DNA from: Octopus bimaculoides
Taxonomy: Eukaryota
DNA length: 45,036 bases
Assembly (NCBI RefSeq): GCF_001194135.2
Contig: NC_068985.1
Location: 120,210,655 to 120,255,690 of the forward strand
Direction of reading: 5' to 3'
Shown here in pieces: positions 10,640 through 23,871 of the stretch. Positions within the stretch are counted from its first letter, which is position 1. Every line of letters starts with the position of its first letter. The notes beneath the pieces were generated by a model, which had not been told where the DNA came from, searched no databases, and worked only from the letters and a program-made list of their open reading frames with translations. A program made the translations under genes and the position numbers.

Positions 10640-11090
10640 CGTATTTATACTGAGAATCGAGACTGCGCAAACGTTGTCCATGAGTCATTTACAAGCGGGT
10701 GCATTACTCAGAGATGAGAGGATCATTCCAGTTCGAGCCACTAAGTTTTTGCATTGAGGTGTTACAACTTCCATACTATAGGTATGTGTGTAAGATGTTT
10801 CAGAAAATAATTTCAGGATAGAATTGCCAGATAGAATTAGGGAATAAATTTTATAGGCAAGGCCAACTGGCAGGAGACCCAAGTGTACCCCACATGCAGC
10901 ATGGTTGGATAATGTCTTTAGCCTCGGGTATATTCGCTTGGGAATATTGAATATTTGCTGATGATTGTTAAAGAAAAGACCCTATGAAGGACGTGTTAGA
11001 GGACTGTGTCTCCACGACGCGCATGAAAATATTGTGTGAAAAGGACTGTTGGAAGAATAGATGTTATAAACTTTTTCGATATTACATAAT
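10640..11090 (+). mobile_element. Degenerate RTE-type LINE 3' end
   Basis: Frameshifted translation ..FEPL..IE..Q..Y...IL*ARPTGRRPK..WLDNV.SLG..RLGI resembles the RTE C-terminal GxRPRGRPRxRWxD motif. Confidence 0.55.
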
Positions 11091-12342
11091 ATCGCTGGCA
11101 GTTTGTCAGAATGCCATTTTGAGCTGAAATGTGCAAAAACCGAGTTCCAGAACAGGAGTTAGAGGATAGAGAGAACCTCTTCTTCTTGTTTAAAATGAAA
11201 GTAAATGCTTCGCTGAAGGATGTGTTCAAGTATGAGAAGTAGGGTCTTATGATTTGAAGTCCAACACTCTAACCACCGAGCCACACCTAGCTACGAAATA
11301 ATGATGAAATATTATACATATGTGTAGAGAAATAGTTACAACTGTAAATATCTACAAACTGGATCGGATCTATCCAGTGAGGTTGTACATGGTCGTTCGA
11401 TATATCAGCTAAACAATCCAACAACTACCAACTAACATTTAGTTAGCTGATAAATTGGGGTTTGTCATGCTACAATACATTTAGTTAGAAAAACAAGAAA
11501 ACCCAAAGCAAACATCAAAGGCTAACATGTACAATGGCTACAGTTTCCATATTAATTGACACAACGCCGTGACCAAACAAGCTGCATGTTATGTCGTCAT
11601 AACTTCGTTGGAGTGAACAACGGTAACTCTTAATTGGTTTGTTACTGATTCGGAAAAAAAGTTACATTGAAAGCCCGGTTACGAAACTAGAGAGAAAATA
11701 TATAGAGAAGCGTGCGGTTAACATGGTTACTGTTTGACAAATTTAATACTGTTGCTGCAAATTTTCAGCAATATATGGCTGCAAATTTTATTCGCATATA
11801 AGACATACGGATATATCTATTGTTTAAGTGCTCGTTAAAAACGGAAAAAATTGCTACTATTGCAATTGTTATTGTCTAACCCCGGGTAACAGTTCGGTTC
11901 ATGACGACCAGTGGTCACAGAGTTCATTTATGACTATTTCTCTTTTTCGACATAGTTTACCTCTGACTACTTCATCCAATGTGGCCTCATTGTGCAAAAG
12001 CGATCGGGTGTTACGTGTTTGTTATTTCCAGCAGGCTTGGCTAAAATGAAGAGGCTCTCTCAGAACAAATTGAAGAAATGATTGGAAATGTTTATTACTA
12101 AATTATGTAGGTGACAAGCTCTTGAGCAAATGAAGAAGTATTTATGCGGCCTCTCGACCTACAAGGAGTAGTATCCCCCCCCCCCAAATCAAATCCGACG
12201 GTCATAAAAAAATGTTGATATAATGTAGTCCCACATTACATCAACAGATGCTATAGTCATGGCTTGAAATTTTGCTTGATGAAAGCTGATGTGAGTGCTA
12301 AATAACAAAAGCACATAACAATCATAAAGATAACTTCTAAAT

Positions 12343-12561
12343 ATAATTGCTTCAAATTTTGGCAAATGGCCGATAATTTTTGAGTGGAAGAGAAAGTCTA
12401 TTGCACCGACCCCAGTATTTAACTGGTACTTATTTCACCGGTCCTGAAGGAATGAATGGCAACGTTAACCTCGGCAGAAGTTGAATTCAAAAGGTGAAGA
12501 CGAACGAAATTCTGTAAAGCATTTTGTTCGCCGCACCAATGGTTCTGCCAGTTCGCCGCCT
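12343..12561 (-). mobile_element. SINE (AGGCGGCGARCTGGCAGAA-headed family)
   Basis: Reverse complement of the family seen at 32241/32398, including aacctcggc..a.ttgaa.tca and ctggtacttattt. Confidence 0.75.
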
Positions 12562-12614
12562 GATAATCTCTAAATATAGAGCTTGCAAAGTGTTGTCAGA
12601 TTTACAGTTACATC

Positions 12615-13980
12615 AAGCATTAGCCAACCGTATATTAGCACCACTTCTATTACTGAACTATATATTGCCACAACATGAATTACATCAGCATGGACGTACA
12701 CATGTCTTATTNNNNNNNNNNNNNNNNNNNNNNNNNNNNNNNNNNNNNNNNNNNNNNNNNNNNNNNNNNNNNNNNNNNNNNNNNNNNNNNNNNNNNNNNN
12801 NNNNNNNNNNNNNNNNNNNNNNNNNNNNNNNNNNNNNNNNNNNNNNNNNNNNNNNNNNNNNNNNNNNNNNNNNNNNNNNNNNNNNNNNNNNNNNNNNNNN
12901 NNNNNNNNNNNNNNNNNNNNNNNNNNNNNNNNNNNNNNNNNNNNNNNNNNNNNNNNNNNNNNNNNNNNNNNNNNNNNNNNNNNNNNNNNNNNNNNNNNNN
13001 NNNNNNNNNNNNNNNNNNNNNNNNNNNNNNNNNNNNNNNNNNNNNNNNNNNNNNNNNNNNNNNNNNNNNNNNNNNNNNNNNNNNNNNNNNNNNNNNNNNN
13101 NNNNNNNNNNNNNNNNNNNNNNNNNNNNNNNNNNNNNNNNNNNNNNNNNNNNNNNNNNNNNNNNNNNNNNNNNNNNNNNNNNNNNNNNNNNNNNNNNNNN
13201 NNNNNNNNNNNNNNNNNNNNNNNNNNNNNNNNNNNNNNNNNNNNNNNNNNNNNNNNNNNNNNNNNNNNNNNNNNNNNNNNNNNNNNNNNNNNNNNNNNNN
13301 NNNNNNNNNNNNNNNNNNNNNNNNNNNNNNNNNNNNNNNNNNNNNNNNNNNNNNNNNNNNNNNNNNNNNNNNNNNNNNNNNNNNNNNNNNNNNNNNNNNN
13401 NNNNNNNNNNNNNNNNNNNNNNNNNNNNNNNNNNNNNNNNNNNNNNNNNNNNNNNNNNNNNNNNNNNNNNNNNNNNNNNNNNNNNNNNNNNNNNNNNNNN
13501 NNNNNNNNNNNNNNNNNNNNNNNNNNNNNNNNNNNNNNNNNNNNNNNCAATGCATTATCCATCCATGTATTCCGACATCATATATTACCACACCATATGT
13601 ATACTATGTTATATACATTTTTATTGACCTATGCATTACCACAACTTGTAAGTTCACACTGTTTTTCCTCCTTATGCATTACGTTCCCACACACTGTATT
13701 ATCTCACATATACAATGAATTCCTCCTCTATGTCTTACGACATCACACATTACCCCACCATGTATGCCTATATTATGCATGTTTTACTAAACTATGGATT
13801 TCCAGAACTTGTATTACCACAACATTTTGCCACATCATGCATTACTTCGTTATGTTTTACTAAACAAAGTATTTCCACACAGTGTACCATCCCTGCATGT
13901 ATTACGACCTCATTTATTACCATACCATGTATGACTACACCACGTATTTTACACATTATATATCAACGACGTTTATTCAA
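12615..13980. repeat. Degenerate ~15-nt minisatellite with a ~166-bp higher-order period, interrupted by an N gap
   Basis: Recurring yATTACcac-type subunits on both sides of the gap; a longer motif tgt.tt.cgac.tca...attacc..accat recurs at 13566, 13731 and 13898. Confidence 0.7.
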
Positions 13981-15253
13981 GTTATGTGAATAGCAGACAC
14001 ATCTCGCACGTCAAATTTTATTCCCTCCCTCCCTCTTTTTCTTGATTTTCCCCTCTACTTTCTCTCTCTCTCTCTCCCTTCTACTCCCTTCCCCTATCTT
14101 ACTATCTCTGTCTTTACTCTTTGTTTTCTTTGAATGTGTCCTCCTAGTAATCACATATTATTTTATCAACCGTTTACTCTACATCTGATCGTTATCTTTC
14201 CCAACAAAATTGGTCAAACAATTTCTCATATTCCCTCTCTNNNNNNNNNNNNNNNNNNNNNNNNNNNNNNNNNNNNNNNNNNNNNNNNNNNNNNNNNNNN
14301 NNNNNNNNNNNNNNNNNCCCCCCCCTCTATATTTCTCTCTCCCTCTCTCTCTTTCAAGTACCCACACATTAAATCTGTATATACACAGTCATACCGCCTG
14401 AAACCTAATATCGTTCGCTTTCATTGCACACACACTTTCACACCTATTCATTATATACTTTCGAAGATTATTACTATATTGTATATACGATCTCTTACCT
14501 CTTCCTTCATTTTCCATCCCTCTTGCCTATACATCCTTCCATACATAAATGCATGCATACAAGCATACATACATGTATGCTTGTATGCATGCGTATATAT
14601 GCACGTATACATAGATACATGTATTCCTATATATACAACGTTCATACATACATACACGCACACACATATATGTGTGTGCGTGTACACAGGCGCATATATC
14701 AGCATTGCAATGCCTATTTACCTTATATATACGTTTATTTCAATTATCTCGCACGGAAATCTGGGTATATAAATCAAATCTATTTTCTTTAGTTTGGATT
14801 CGTTTCATTTCCAGGTTTTTAATTTGGAACGCTTAAAAGACAAAAAAGAAAGAAAGAAAGAATAACAGGAAAAGATACGACGCGAATAAAGAAGACACTG
14901 AACAACAATCACAATAACAAAACAATATAAGGTGAGTCAGTGATCGAAAATGCATTTGCAAAAGAACGGTGGCAGACATATTATTGCAAGAGAATGATTT
15001 ATTTAAAGCAACTTTCAGAACTATATAACATAACAGAAATTACAGGAAATGTGACTTTCGTGAACGATGCAGGATTTCTTTCGAAACAATAGGGACTTAT
15101 TCGCCCCAACACCACCCTACCCATCTTGTTTCAACCAATCAGCGTTCCCTCTTCATCATACCATTGTCACAAATGTCATACCATTCGTACCTTCGGAATC
15201 AGTCTTTCTGAAGGTGCATCAGTTCTGGGAATTAAATCTGATTTATTTATTAG

Positions 15254-15287
<34 letters not shown>

Positions 15288-15749
15288 NNNNNNNNNNNNN
15301 NNNNNNNNNNNNNNNNNNNNNNNNNNNNNNNNNNNNNNNNNNNNNNNNNNNNNNNNNNNNNNNNNNNNNNNNNNNNNNNNNNNNNNNNNNNNNNNNNNNN
15401 NNNNNNNNNNNNNNNNNNNNNNNNNNNNNNNNNNNNNNNNNNNNNNNNNNNNNNNNNNNNNNNNNNNNNNNNNNNNNNNNNNNNNNNNNNNNNNNNNNNN
15501 NNNNNNNNNNNNNNNNNNNNNNNNNNNNNNNNNNNNNNNNNNNNNNNNNNNNNNNNNNNNNNNNNNNNNNNNNNNNNNNNNNNNNNNNNNNNNNNNNNNN
15601 NNNNNNNNNNNNNNNNNNNNNNNNNNNNNNNNNNNNNNNNNNNNNNNNNNNNNNNNNNNNNNNNNNNNNNNNNNNNNNNNNNNNNNNNNNNNNNNNNNNN
15701 NNNNNNNNNNNNNNNNNNNNNNNNNNNNNNNNNNNNNNNNNNNNNNNNN

Positions 15750-15818
<69 letters not shown>

Positions 15819-16340
15819 TTGTGTGTTTGCGCGTGTGTGTGTGTGTGTGCGTGCGTGTGTGTGTGTGTGTGTGAACTTCAATAAATTCGACGAACATAAA
15901 TCGATACTCACCATTCGTCTCTCGTTCGGTCAATACAAATTGAACGATTTGTCTATTTCATACGTCGGTGTATGTACATACGTGCCTATGTGTCATGTGA
16001 CCATATGCGGGTGCGTGCGTGTATGTGTGTACGTGTGTGTGTGTGTGTGCCTGCGTATTTTCGCCGTTTAAATACACGTCAGGGCATGTAACATTCACAA
16101 ATCATATACCAATTTATTATGATGTCTTAATATTGATTTTAAAACGTGTCAATTAATTGTTTATTGTTCATTTAGTCATACATTTTAAAATCTACATATT
16201 TACTTGCTTACATATTTCTATCGGTGTGCGTGTGCCGGCATTATTAAATAATACATTCCACACACGCATGTGAGTGAGTTTATGCGTATGTGTGTGCGTG
16301 TGCGTGTGCGTGCGCGCTCATGTTTGTATGTATGTATCTG

Positions 16341-16606
16341 AAGGCGCGTGGCTTAGTGGTTAGAGCATTCGGTTCACATCGTAAGGTCGTGAGTTCAATT
16401 CCCGGCGTCGCGTTGTGTCCTTGAGCAAGACACTTTATTTCACGTTGCTCCTGGCAAAGATGAGTAGTACCTGCATATCAAATGGCCAGCCTTGTCACAC
16501 TTTGTGTCACGCTGAATCTTCCTGAGAACTACGTTAAGGGTACACATGTCTGTGGAGCGCTCAGCCACTTGCACGTTAATTTCCCGAGCAAGCTGTTCCG
16601 TTAATC
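16341..16606 (+). mobile_element. tRNA-derived SINE (same head as 5917, different 3' body)
   Basis: GGCGCGTGGCTTAGTGG...GAGTTCAATTCC...ccttgagcaagacactt; the body is homologous to the minus-strand copy at 20587. Confidence 0.88.
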
Positions 16607-16610
16607 GTAT

Positions 16611-16664
16611 GTATGTATGTATGCATGTATCGATCTATCTATCTATCTGTCTGTCTGTCTGTCG

Positions 16665-16745
<81 letters not shown>
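16611..16745. repeat. Compound tetranucleotide microsatellite (TATG)/(TCTA)/(TCTG)
   Basis: Direct reading. Confidence 0.95.
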
Positions 16746-16748
<3 letters not shown>

Positions 16749-16884
16749 ATGCATCTATATATGTATGTGAATTGATAAAATATTTCATTTTCAATCGCGT
16801 GCTGCACATTTAGTTAAGGGAAAAGTTCTGTACCGTGAAATTGTGAGTGCACTAGCGAAAAGCCGATGACGTTGAATATGTGTT

Positions 16885-17062
16885 GTAACAGAGCCGGGTA
16901 GAAATAGCAACTAAATCACCCCGAAATCACATCAAAGATGACATGAAATTGGGTAAACCTGAAGTCCTAAATATTCCTAAATTAGACAAGAGGTTACAGC
17001 TGGAAAGTCTTAAATCATAGGTTTGCTGAAACAGAGCCGACTTGTAGCTAAACAACGATAAC
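16885..17062 (+). mobile_element. Degenerate interspersed repeat (probable SINE 3' part); related sequence at ~12150-12310
   Basis: Shared motifs caaatca.a.c...g.c / gataatgtagtcc / ctaaa.aaca in the two loci. Confidence 0.4.
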
Positions 17063-18045
17063 GTCAGATAAGGTCTTTGTAGCAAGAAAAGTATATAAGA
17101 AATAAATTCTGTTGTATGATAACAAAGAGTGGAGCCGGAAAATAATGCTGTTTGTTTCCATATAGAGAAATTATAAAGAAAATGAATATTACTAATTTCA
17201 TCTGATTGGGCATCATGCCAACTCTTTAAGAATTACAACGTAATCGATTAAATTGACCTCAGGTCAACTCATTGCTATAGATTTCGGAATAATGGCCAAA
17301 ACAATTGCTTAAACAATGCAGTGGGACAGCGGTTTTAGTCCAAAGAACTACTTGAAGAAAACATTCTGCCAATGCTACAAAAGTTTCGTTTGTGAAGGGA
17401 TACTTACATTGTGCTACTGCTTTTTACTTACGTTCGTATTTTATTTTTCAGTTGTATATATATATATATATATATNNNNNNNNNNNNNNNNNNNNNNNNN
17501 NNNNNNNNNNNNNNNNNNNNNNNNNNNNNNNNNNNNNNNNNNNNNNNNNNNNNNNNNNNNNNNNNNNNNNNNNNNNNNNNNNNNNNNNNNNNNNNNNNNN
17601 NNNNNNNNNNNNNNNNNNNNNNNNNNNNNNNNNNNNNNNNNNNNNNNNNNNNNNNNNNNNNNNNNNNNNNNNNNNNNNNNNNNNNNNNNNNNNNNNNNNN
17701 NNNNNNNNNNNNNNNNNNNNNNNNNNNNNNNNNNNNNNNNNNNNNNNNNNNNNNNNNNNNNNNNNNNNNNNNNNNNNNNNNNNNNNNNNNNNNNNNNNNN
17801 NNNNNNNNNNNNNNNNNNNNNNNNNNNNNNNNNNNNNNNNNNNNNNNNNNNNNNNNNNNNNNNNNNNNNNNNNNNNNNNNNNNNNNNNNNNNNNNNNNNN
17901 NNNNNNNNNNNNNNNNNNNNNNNNNNNNNNNNNNNNNNNNNNNNNNNNNNNNNNNNNNNNNNNNNNNNNNNNNNNNNNNNNNNNNNNNNNNNNNNNNNNN
18001 NNNNNNNNNNNNNNNNNNNNNNNNNNNNNNNNNNNNNNNNNNNNN

Positions 18046-18086
<41 letters not shown>

Positions 18087-19049
18087 AATTCATAAGAATG
18101 GTACAGCAAGGTACCGATATTTGCTGTAGAATAGCAATCGATATAAAAACGACGCTATTGTATATATATATATACAGAGAATGGCATAGAGAGAAATCCG
18201 TTAATCAGTGCAGCCGAATATTTGGCAACCTTTTACTTGATCGGAATCATAATGCCATAAGGCTGTCAAACGTATAGCTTACTCGAATATATGACCTATT
18301 TAAGGTGGCGGGGAAAAACCATTTGTAAGTAAGAGACAGGACATGACAAATTCTTGTATTACATGGATTCGCATTTCTGTAACCTAATTTTCTATTTCTT
18401 AACCAACGATAATAATACGTTGTATATTTAAAAAAATACATTTGCAATTAGTCAAGTCATAGTTGTCAGGTTTGGCTGTTTCCAGATACATATATTGATG
18501 GTTCGCCCATCATTATCATTAATAGCTATTATTGCTTTTACAGCATCTTAATTTTGTCTTTTGTTTCGTTCTAACAATATTTCCTCATTAGTAACGCAAA
18601 AAGCTTCATCAAATAATATCAATAACTTATGTAACAGAGAAAGTGTATAAAAAATATAACAATTTAGAATAATTACACATATTGTGCAATGGTACAAAAA
18701 TAAGAGAATGGAATAAAATTTGTAAAAATTATTCTTTTACTGATAAATCGTTGTCAATTCCATTAACTGTTATTTCAGACATACGTCTTAAAAATAAACA
18801 AACAAAAGTATGATAAAATAAAATAAAATCGAAACCAAGTTGTTATAAACTAAGGTTTCGCTATTAAAATATTATGCGCGAAGTTAAGAAGCATTATGTT
18901 TTAAAAAGCCAAGAGAACAGCGCCTTGTCAAGGTTTGAGCTGCGGCATCTGCTGTGACTACGTAGCTCAATAACGTGATGGTTTTATGGGTCTACTTCCT
19001 GTGTTGTTATTACTAATTCTAAGATTTACTAATGACTCTGAAGTGGCTT

Positions 19050-19498
19050 CAGGTCACGAGCGTGGATTGGGTGTCACTAAATGGTCAAGAAAGAGTACCT
19101 CCTGGCGGTTTCATCGGAAAGGGCCAGAGTTTTCTGCTCAATTTGGAGGCACTCTTCTGCAGGACTATGCACAGTCCGCAATTCCATTCTGGTGACCAGA
19201 TACCTGAGGAAAATGTGTCAAAATTGTTCCTCACTCTTCCAATAGTCTAGATATTGCTCCTTCGACTTTTGGCTGTTTTGAATCTGTTTTGAAGAAACTA
19301 AGATGAAAGAGTCTGTGATAAGTGTCCTGGAACATCGTCCCTTTGGAGGACATCTATGGGTCCTTCCTGAAGTGGCTGGAGTGCTGCAAGTGTATTAATG
19401 TCAGAAGATCGTACTTTGAATGAGATTAGAGTTTTGTATTTCTTTGAAGATAATGTCTCACCTGAAAAATTCTCAAAACTTCTGGAATGCACTTTCTA
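19050..19498 (+). mobile_element. Tc1/mariner transposon 3' remnant with degenerate right TIR
   Basis: Frameshifted RFHRKGPE..QD.A..NSILVT.YL.K..KIVPHSSNSLDIAP.DFWLF equals the mariner HDNA...VPHPPYSPDLAPxDFWLF region. It ends aaaacttctggaatgcactttcTA. Confidence 0.75.
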
Positions 19499-20586
19499 AT
19501 ATTATTATTGTTGTTGTTGCATTTGTTCTACTTGTTCTTTTAACCTCAGATTTTGTTGGAACCTCTTGGAGTCTTGCTTACAGCCTACGGTACCATGTTC
19601 GTTTCAACTATCTATTCGTTTCAACTATCTCATACTTCCTGAGAATTTTCACCGTACCAAATTATTATTATTGTTGTTGTTATTATCATTATTAGGCTCC
19701 TAGCCGATGACGTGTTAGAGGCGCGGTCATGATATACGGTGTGTCTTCGGCATTTACAGATCTCGCTGGCTCCCCTCTCCTTTGACAGCTGACGACGGCC
19801 GATTTCTTCCTGAGAGAAACAAGTAAAAATAGAGAAAGGAAGTGGGAGAGAAACAGACAGCGAGAAAATCCATGCCATTGTAAGACTCTTCTGGAAAGAC
19901 ACCCCAGTGATATTTGAAGTCAGATTTCAGAAAGCTGGAACGAAGATTATTATGCCATATATTCGAGGCTTTAACTATTCTGCCAGTTTGGCGTCTTATA
20001 TATTATATGGAAACATAACCGATTTCAAATGATAAGAATAATTTCAAATTAAATTTTACTGTACCCCTCCAAAAATGTATGAGCAAAGATTGATTTCGTT
20101 TGTCATGTATAATAGAAAATAGAGAGGTAAAAATAATGTTAACAATCATTAAATCACAATTTTCTCTAGTTATGTTTCATTTTACAAATTTAGTTACATA
20201 ATCATTAAGGGAAATTAGTTGAGATCGGTGTCACAATATTCTCGTCATAATTTACGTCTTTCTGATAATCGATGGCGCTCTAACATTCACTAGCATGAAG
20301 TGTTACAGCACATATTTCAAACATTACCAATTCGGAATAATTTTTTTTCTTCTGAAAATAAATGATTCTTCGGCTTGTTTAAATGGAAATTAACACCTCA
20401 AATTTCCTTTTTCATTTCGTTTTTATTTTATTTTTCACGTGTATAGAGCAGCATATATTACCTGTCTCTCGATTTAACAAAGAAAACGCTATTATTTATT
20501 TTATTACCTTTGTCAGTAAACTTTCCAGGAAAAAGACAAACTCTATTTAACTGTAGTGTAAAATACGATTTCGATTCTGTAAAACC

Positions 20587-20780
20587 GGCACTACGTCGGT
20601 TACAACGACGAGTGTTTCAGTTGATCTAATCAACAGAACTGCGTGCTCGTGAAGATAAAGTGAAAGTGGCTGTGCACTCCACAGACACACGTACCCTTAA
20701 CGCAGTCCTCACTAAGATTCAGCATGACACAGAATGTGACAAAGCTAAGTGGACTGGAGCACTTGTTTCAATCATAATAT
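20587..20780 (-). mobile_element. SINE body (16341 family), head missing
   Basis: Reverse complement of the 16440-16606 sequence (gtggctg.gcactccacagacac.gtacccttaacg). Confidence 0.8.
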
Positions 20781-20789
20781 TGGGGCCAT

Positions 20790-20960
20790 GCTGGAGTACT
20801 GCTTTGAAGAATTTTCGTCTAAAAGAATCGACAGAAGTGCATATTTGTTTTAAGTCTGATATTTATTTTATCGGTATATTTTGCCGAACCGTTAAGGTTC
20901 GTGGATATAAACACACAAAAACTTGTTGGGAAGCGGGAGAAAAACACACGGGCGTAGACA
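20790..20960 (-). mobile_element. SINE 3' part (24367 family)
   Basis: Reverse complement of the ttgacaaccgg..ggtgtgtttacg..ccgtaa.tagcggttcg.caaaa segment at 24610-24690. Confidence 0.65.
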
Positions 20961-21026
20961 CATACAGACATACACACGTGCACGCACGCACGCACACACA
21001 CACATACACAAACACTAACACACACA

Positions 21027-21069
<43 letters not shown>

Positions 21070-21071
<2 letters not shown>

Positions 21072-21208
21072 TTACTTATTGTAACCATGCCTGAAGGATG
21101 AAAGGCAAATTCAACCTCGGCAGAACTTGAACTCAGAAGATAAAGACGGACGAAATGCCGCTAAGCATTTAACCCGGCATGCTAACAACCCTGCCAGCTT
21201 ACCGCCTT
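21070..21208 (-). mobile_element. SINE (AGGCGG-headed family), 5' portion
   Basis: aaggatgaaaggcaaa.tcaacctcggc.gaa.ttgaactcagaa...ctgccagct..ccgcctt. Confidence 0.85.
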
Positions 21209-21220
21209 GAACCAATAATT

Positions 21221-21292
21221 ATAATATTAATTATAATATTAATTATAATATTAATTATAATATTAATTATAATATTAATTATAATATTAATT
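21221..21292. repeat. Perfect 12-mer tandem repeat (ATAATATTAATT)x6
   Basis: Direct count: 72 nt. Confidence 0.95.
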
Positions 21293-22468
21293 TATAATCG
21301 CTTCTCCACCTTTTTGGCTGCCATCAAAGTGTAGTGTAGTATTAATTTGTTGTTATAAAATATAAAATAAATAGAAAATGTATTAATATAATTCCATCTG
21401 AAGTACTAACTACTTAAAAATGTGATGCGAAGTTCTTTGAACAGTGATGCTTGAAGCACCATTACTAGTGCGATTACGCCTCTTGCTCAGAGACAGCTTC
21501 GAATGAGAGTCAGGCTGGTATCTTCATGCAACATGAATCCAACCTCTCAATATATTTCAATATTTGGTCACGTATTTTCATTAAATATTTATCTATCCTC
21601 CTATATGTGTATGTATAATGGTTATGAAACAATTGTTGTATTATGCAATAAAGCATCTTGCTCGCTCCATTCTTTTTGTTCACACGCACACACACACACA
21701 CATATATATATATGTGTAAGTAAGTGTGTATGCGTGTGTGCGCCTGTGTGTGCGTGTGCGTATGTGTGTATGTGTGTGTGTGTATGTGTGTATGCTTGTA
21801 AGTGTAACTGTTTATGTACGTAGACTCATGTATATATTAAACACTTACAGTGTGCTAGTTAATAGCCCCAGTTGTCTGAAGCTACCCGGTTTTTCTGAAT
21901 AAATAAACGATTCGGCAATTTATTTATCTCGGATTGGTCAAATGATGTAAACACCTCTGAGGAAAACCCAATCAATTGCGTTTATTCGTTATTTATTTTA
22001 GTCTTCAGAGAAACTAGCAACGTTTGAATGTCTATTACAAAACGTTTATGTCTCTATACACATTCATACACACACATGCACACGCAAACACACCTACACA
22101 CGCTTAGGATCCATCTGACTGAATGAGAAAATTTAGTAACTGCTTCCGACACTTTTCTTTCTTTTGCTTTCCATTAATCTTTCTCAACTCACATACATAA
22201 AATCACTTATACTCATGTAGAATACTAACATACTCATAAAGTGATAATATATACTATTATATTAAAGGGATACAAGTACACAATGTGTAAGTGCAAATGC
22301 CTACATATATTCACATTTTTAAAAGCAGGTGTTCATAAATTCCAGGCTCTGTCTTCATTCAGACAAGGCTTCATCATATTTGATAGTGACTGTCTTAGAT
22401 TTCGGAAAAACATGAATCCTTTGAAAAATACCTGACGGAAGTAGATACACATATAAGTACATATATAC

Positions 22469-22665
22469 TTATTAATATTTCTAAGTCTCTCTAAAGGAGA
22501 CTACGGCAGCGGTACTGGAAATTAATAGTTATCGCCAAGCCAACATGGCAGTCCCAAAATTAGGACGAAAGCTGCCGTGAATTAGCTCCAAGAAGCCATC
22601 GCCTCTAGCTAGCTATGTGACACACGAAACCTGTGTCCTTTATAACCCCTGTTCGAAGGTTATAA
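22469..22665. repeat. Interspersed repeat of unknown class, longer copy of the 7264 sequence
   Basis: 50-nt identity to 7264-7313, an internal hairpin AGTCTC/GAGACT, and an inverted pair ACGGCAGC (22503-10)/GCTGCCGT (22571-78). It ends at an N gap. Confidence 0.6.
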
Positions 22666-23265
22666 NNNNNNNNNNNNNNNNNNNNNNNNNNNNNNNNNNN
22701 NNNNNNNNNNNNNNNNNNNNNNNNNNNNNNNNNNNNNNNNNNNNNNNNNNNNNNNNNNNNNNNNNNNNNNNNNNNNNNNNNNNNNNNNNNNNNNNNNNNN
22801 NNNNNNNNNNNNNNNNNNNNNNNNNNNNNNNNNNNNNNNNNNNNNNNNNNNNNNNNNNNNNNNNNNNNNNNNNNNNNNNNNNNNNNNNNNNNNNNNNNNN
22901 NNNNNNNNNNNNNNNNNNNNNNNNNNNNNNNNNNNNNNNNNNNNNNNNNNNNNNNNNNNNNNNNNNNNNNNNNNNNNNNNNNNNNNNNNNNNNNNNNNNN
23001 NNNNNNNNNNNNNNNNNNNNNNNNNNNNNNNNNNNNNNNNNNNNNNNNNNNNNNNNNNNNNNNNNNNNNNNNNNNNNNNNNNNNNNNNNNNNNNNNNNNN
23101 NNNNNNNNNNNNNNNNNNNNNNNNNNNNNNNNNNNNNNNNNNNNNNNNNNNNNNNNNNNNNNNNNNNNNNNNNNNNNNNNNNNNNNNNNNNNNNNNNNNN
23201 NNNNNNNNNNNNNNNNNNNNNNNNNNNNNNNNNNNNNNNNNNNNNAAATATATACATATATATAT

Positions 23266-23405
23266 ATACGACGGGCTTCTTTCAGTTTCCGTCTACCAAA
23301 TCCACTCACGCGGCTTTGGTCGGCCCGAGGCTATAGTAGAAAACACTTGCCCAAGGTACTACGCAGTGGGACTGAACCCGAAACCACACAGCCACTCCTA
23401 CGCCT
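23266..23405 (-). mobile_element. tRNA-derived SINE (24367 family) with a deletion in the head
   Basis: Reverse complement contains gggttcagtcccactgcgt..ccttgggcaagtgt.ttctactatagcctcgggccgaccaaagcc. Confidence 0.85.
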
Positions 23406-23871
23406 ATATATATATATATTTATATATATATATACACACACACACACACATATACATGGTTGTGTATGCGTGTTTGTGATTTTATGTGTATGTGTGTGTG
23501 TGTGCGTGTGTGTGTGTGCGTGTGTTTGTGTGTATATGCGTTACAAAACAGAAGAAAGAAAATGCTTTGAGAAATTCATCAAGCATAAAACAAAGTATCT
23601 TCATTTTTATCAAAGGATGTTACCGTTGTCATACGATTTGGTCACACAAAATAAAAGGGTTAATAAATTGAAATTAATTTAATTGAATTAATTTCGTGAT
23701 ATAACTTCTGGAAGTTAACATGTTTTTCTTATACGGTGCTGAGATTTCGTTTCTTTCTGATTGTTGATGAGTCGTAGTGATTGCAGCAGAGCCAGGTGGC
23801 TATTAATATTAACCATAGCAGTAGGCGTTGCAGTTAGTGGTACCAGCAGCAACAGCAACGCTTATAGTTAT

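Noticed and set aside
11335-12015. Cluster of GTTAC/GTAAC words with an RFX-like GTTAACATGGTTAC at 11717-11730
   Set aside because: Short AT-rich words are expected by chance; there is no fixed spacing or other support.
17253-17267. Perfect everted nuclear-receptor half sites TTGACCT-C-AGGTCAA
   Set aside because: It lies inside a decayed SINE segment (gtcgatta.atcgacc.cag...caact), so it is probably a mutation by-product.
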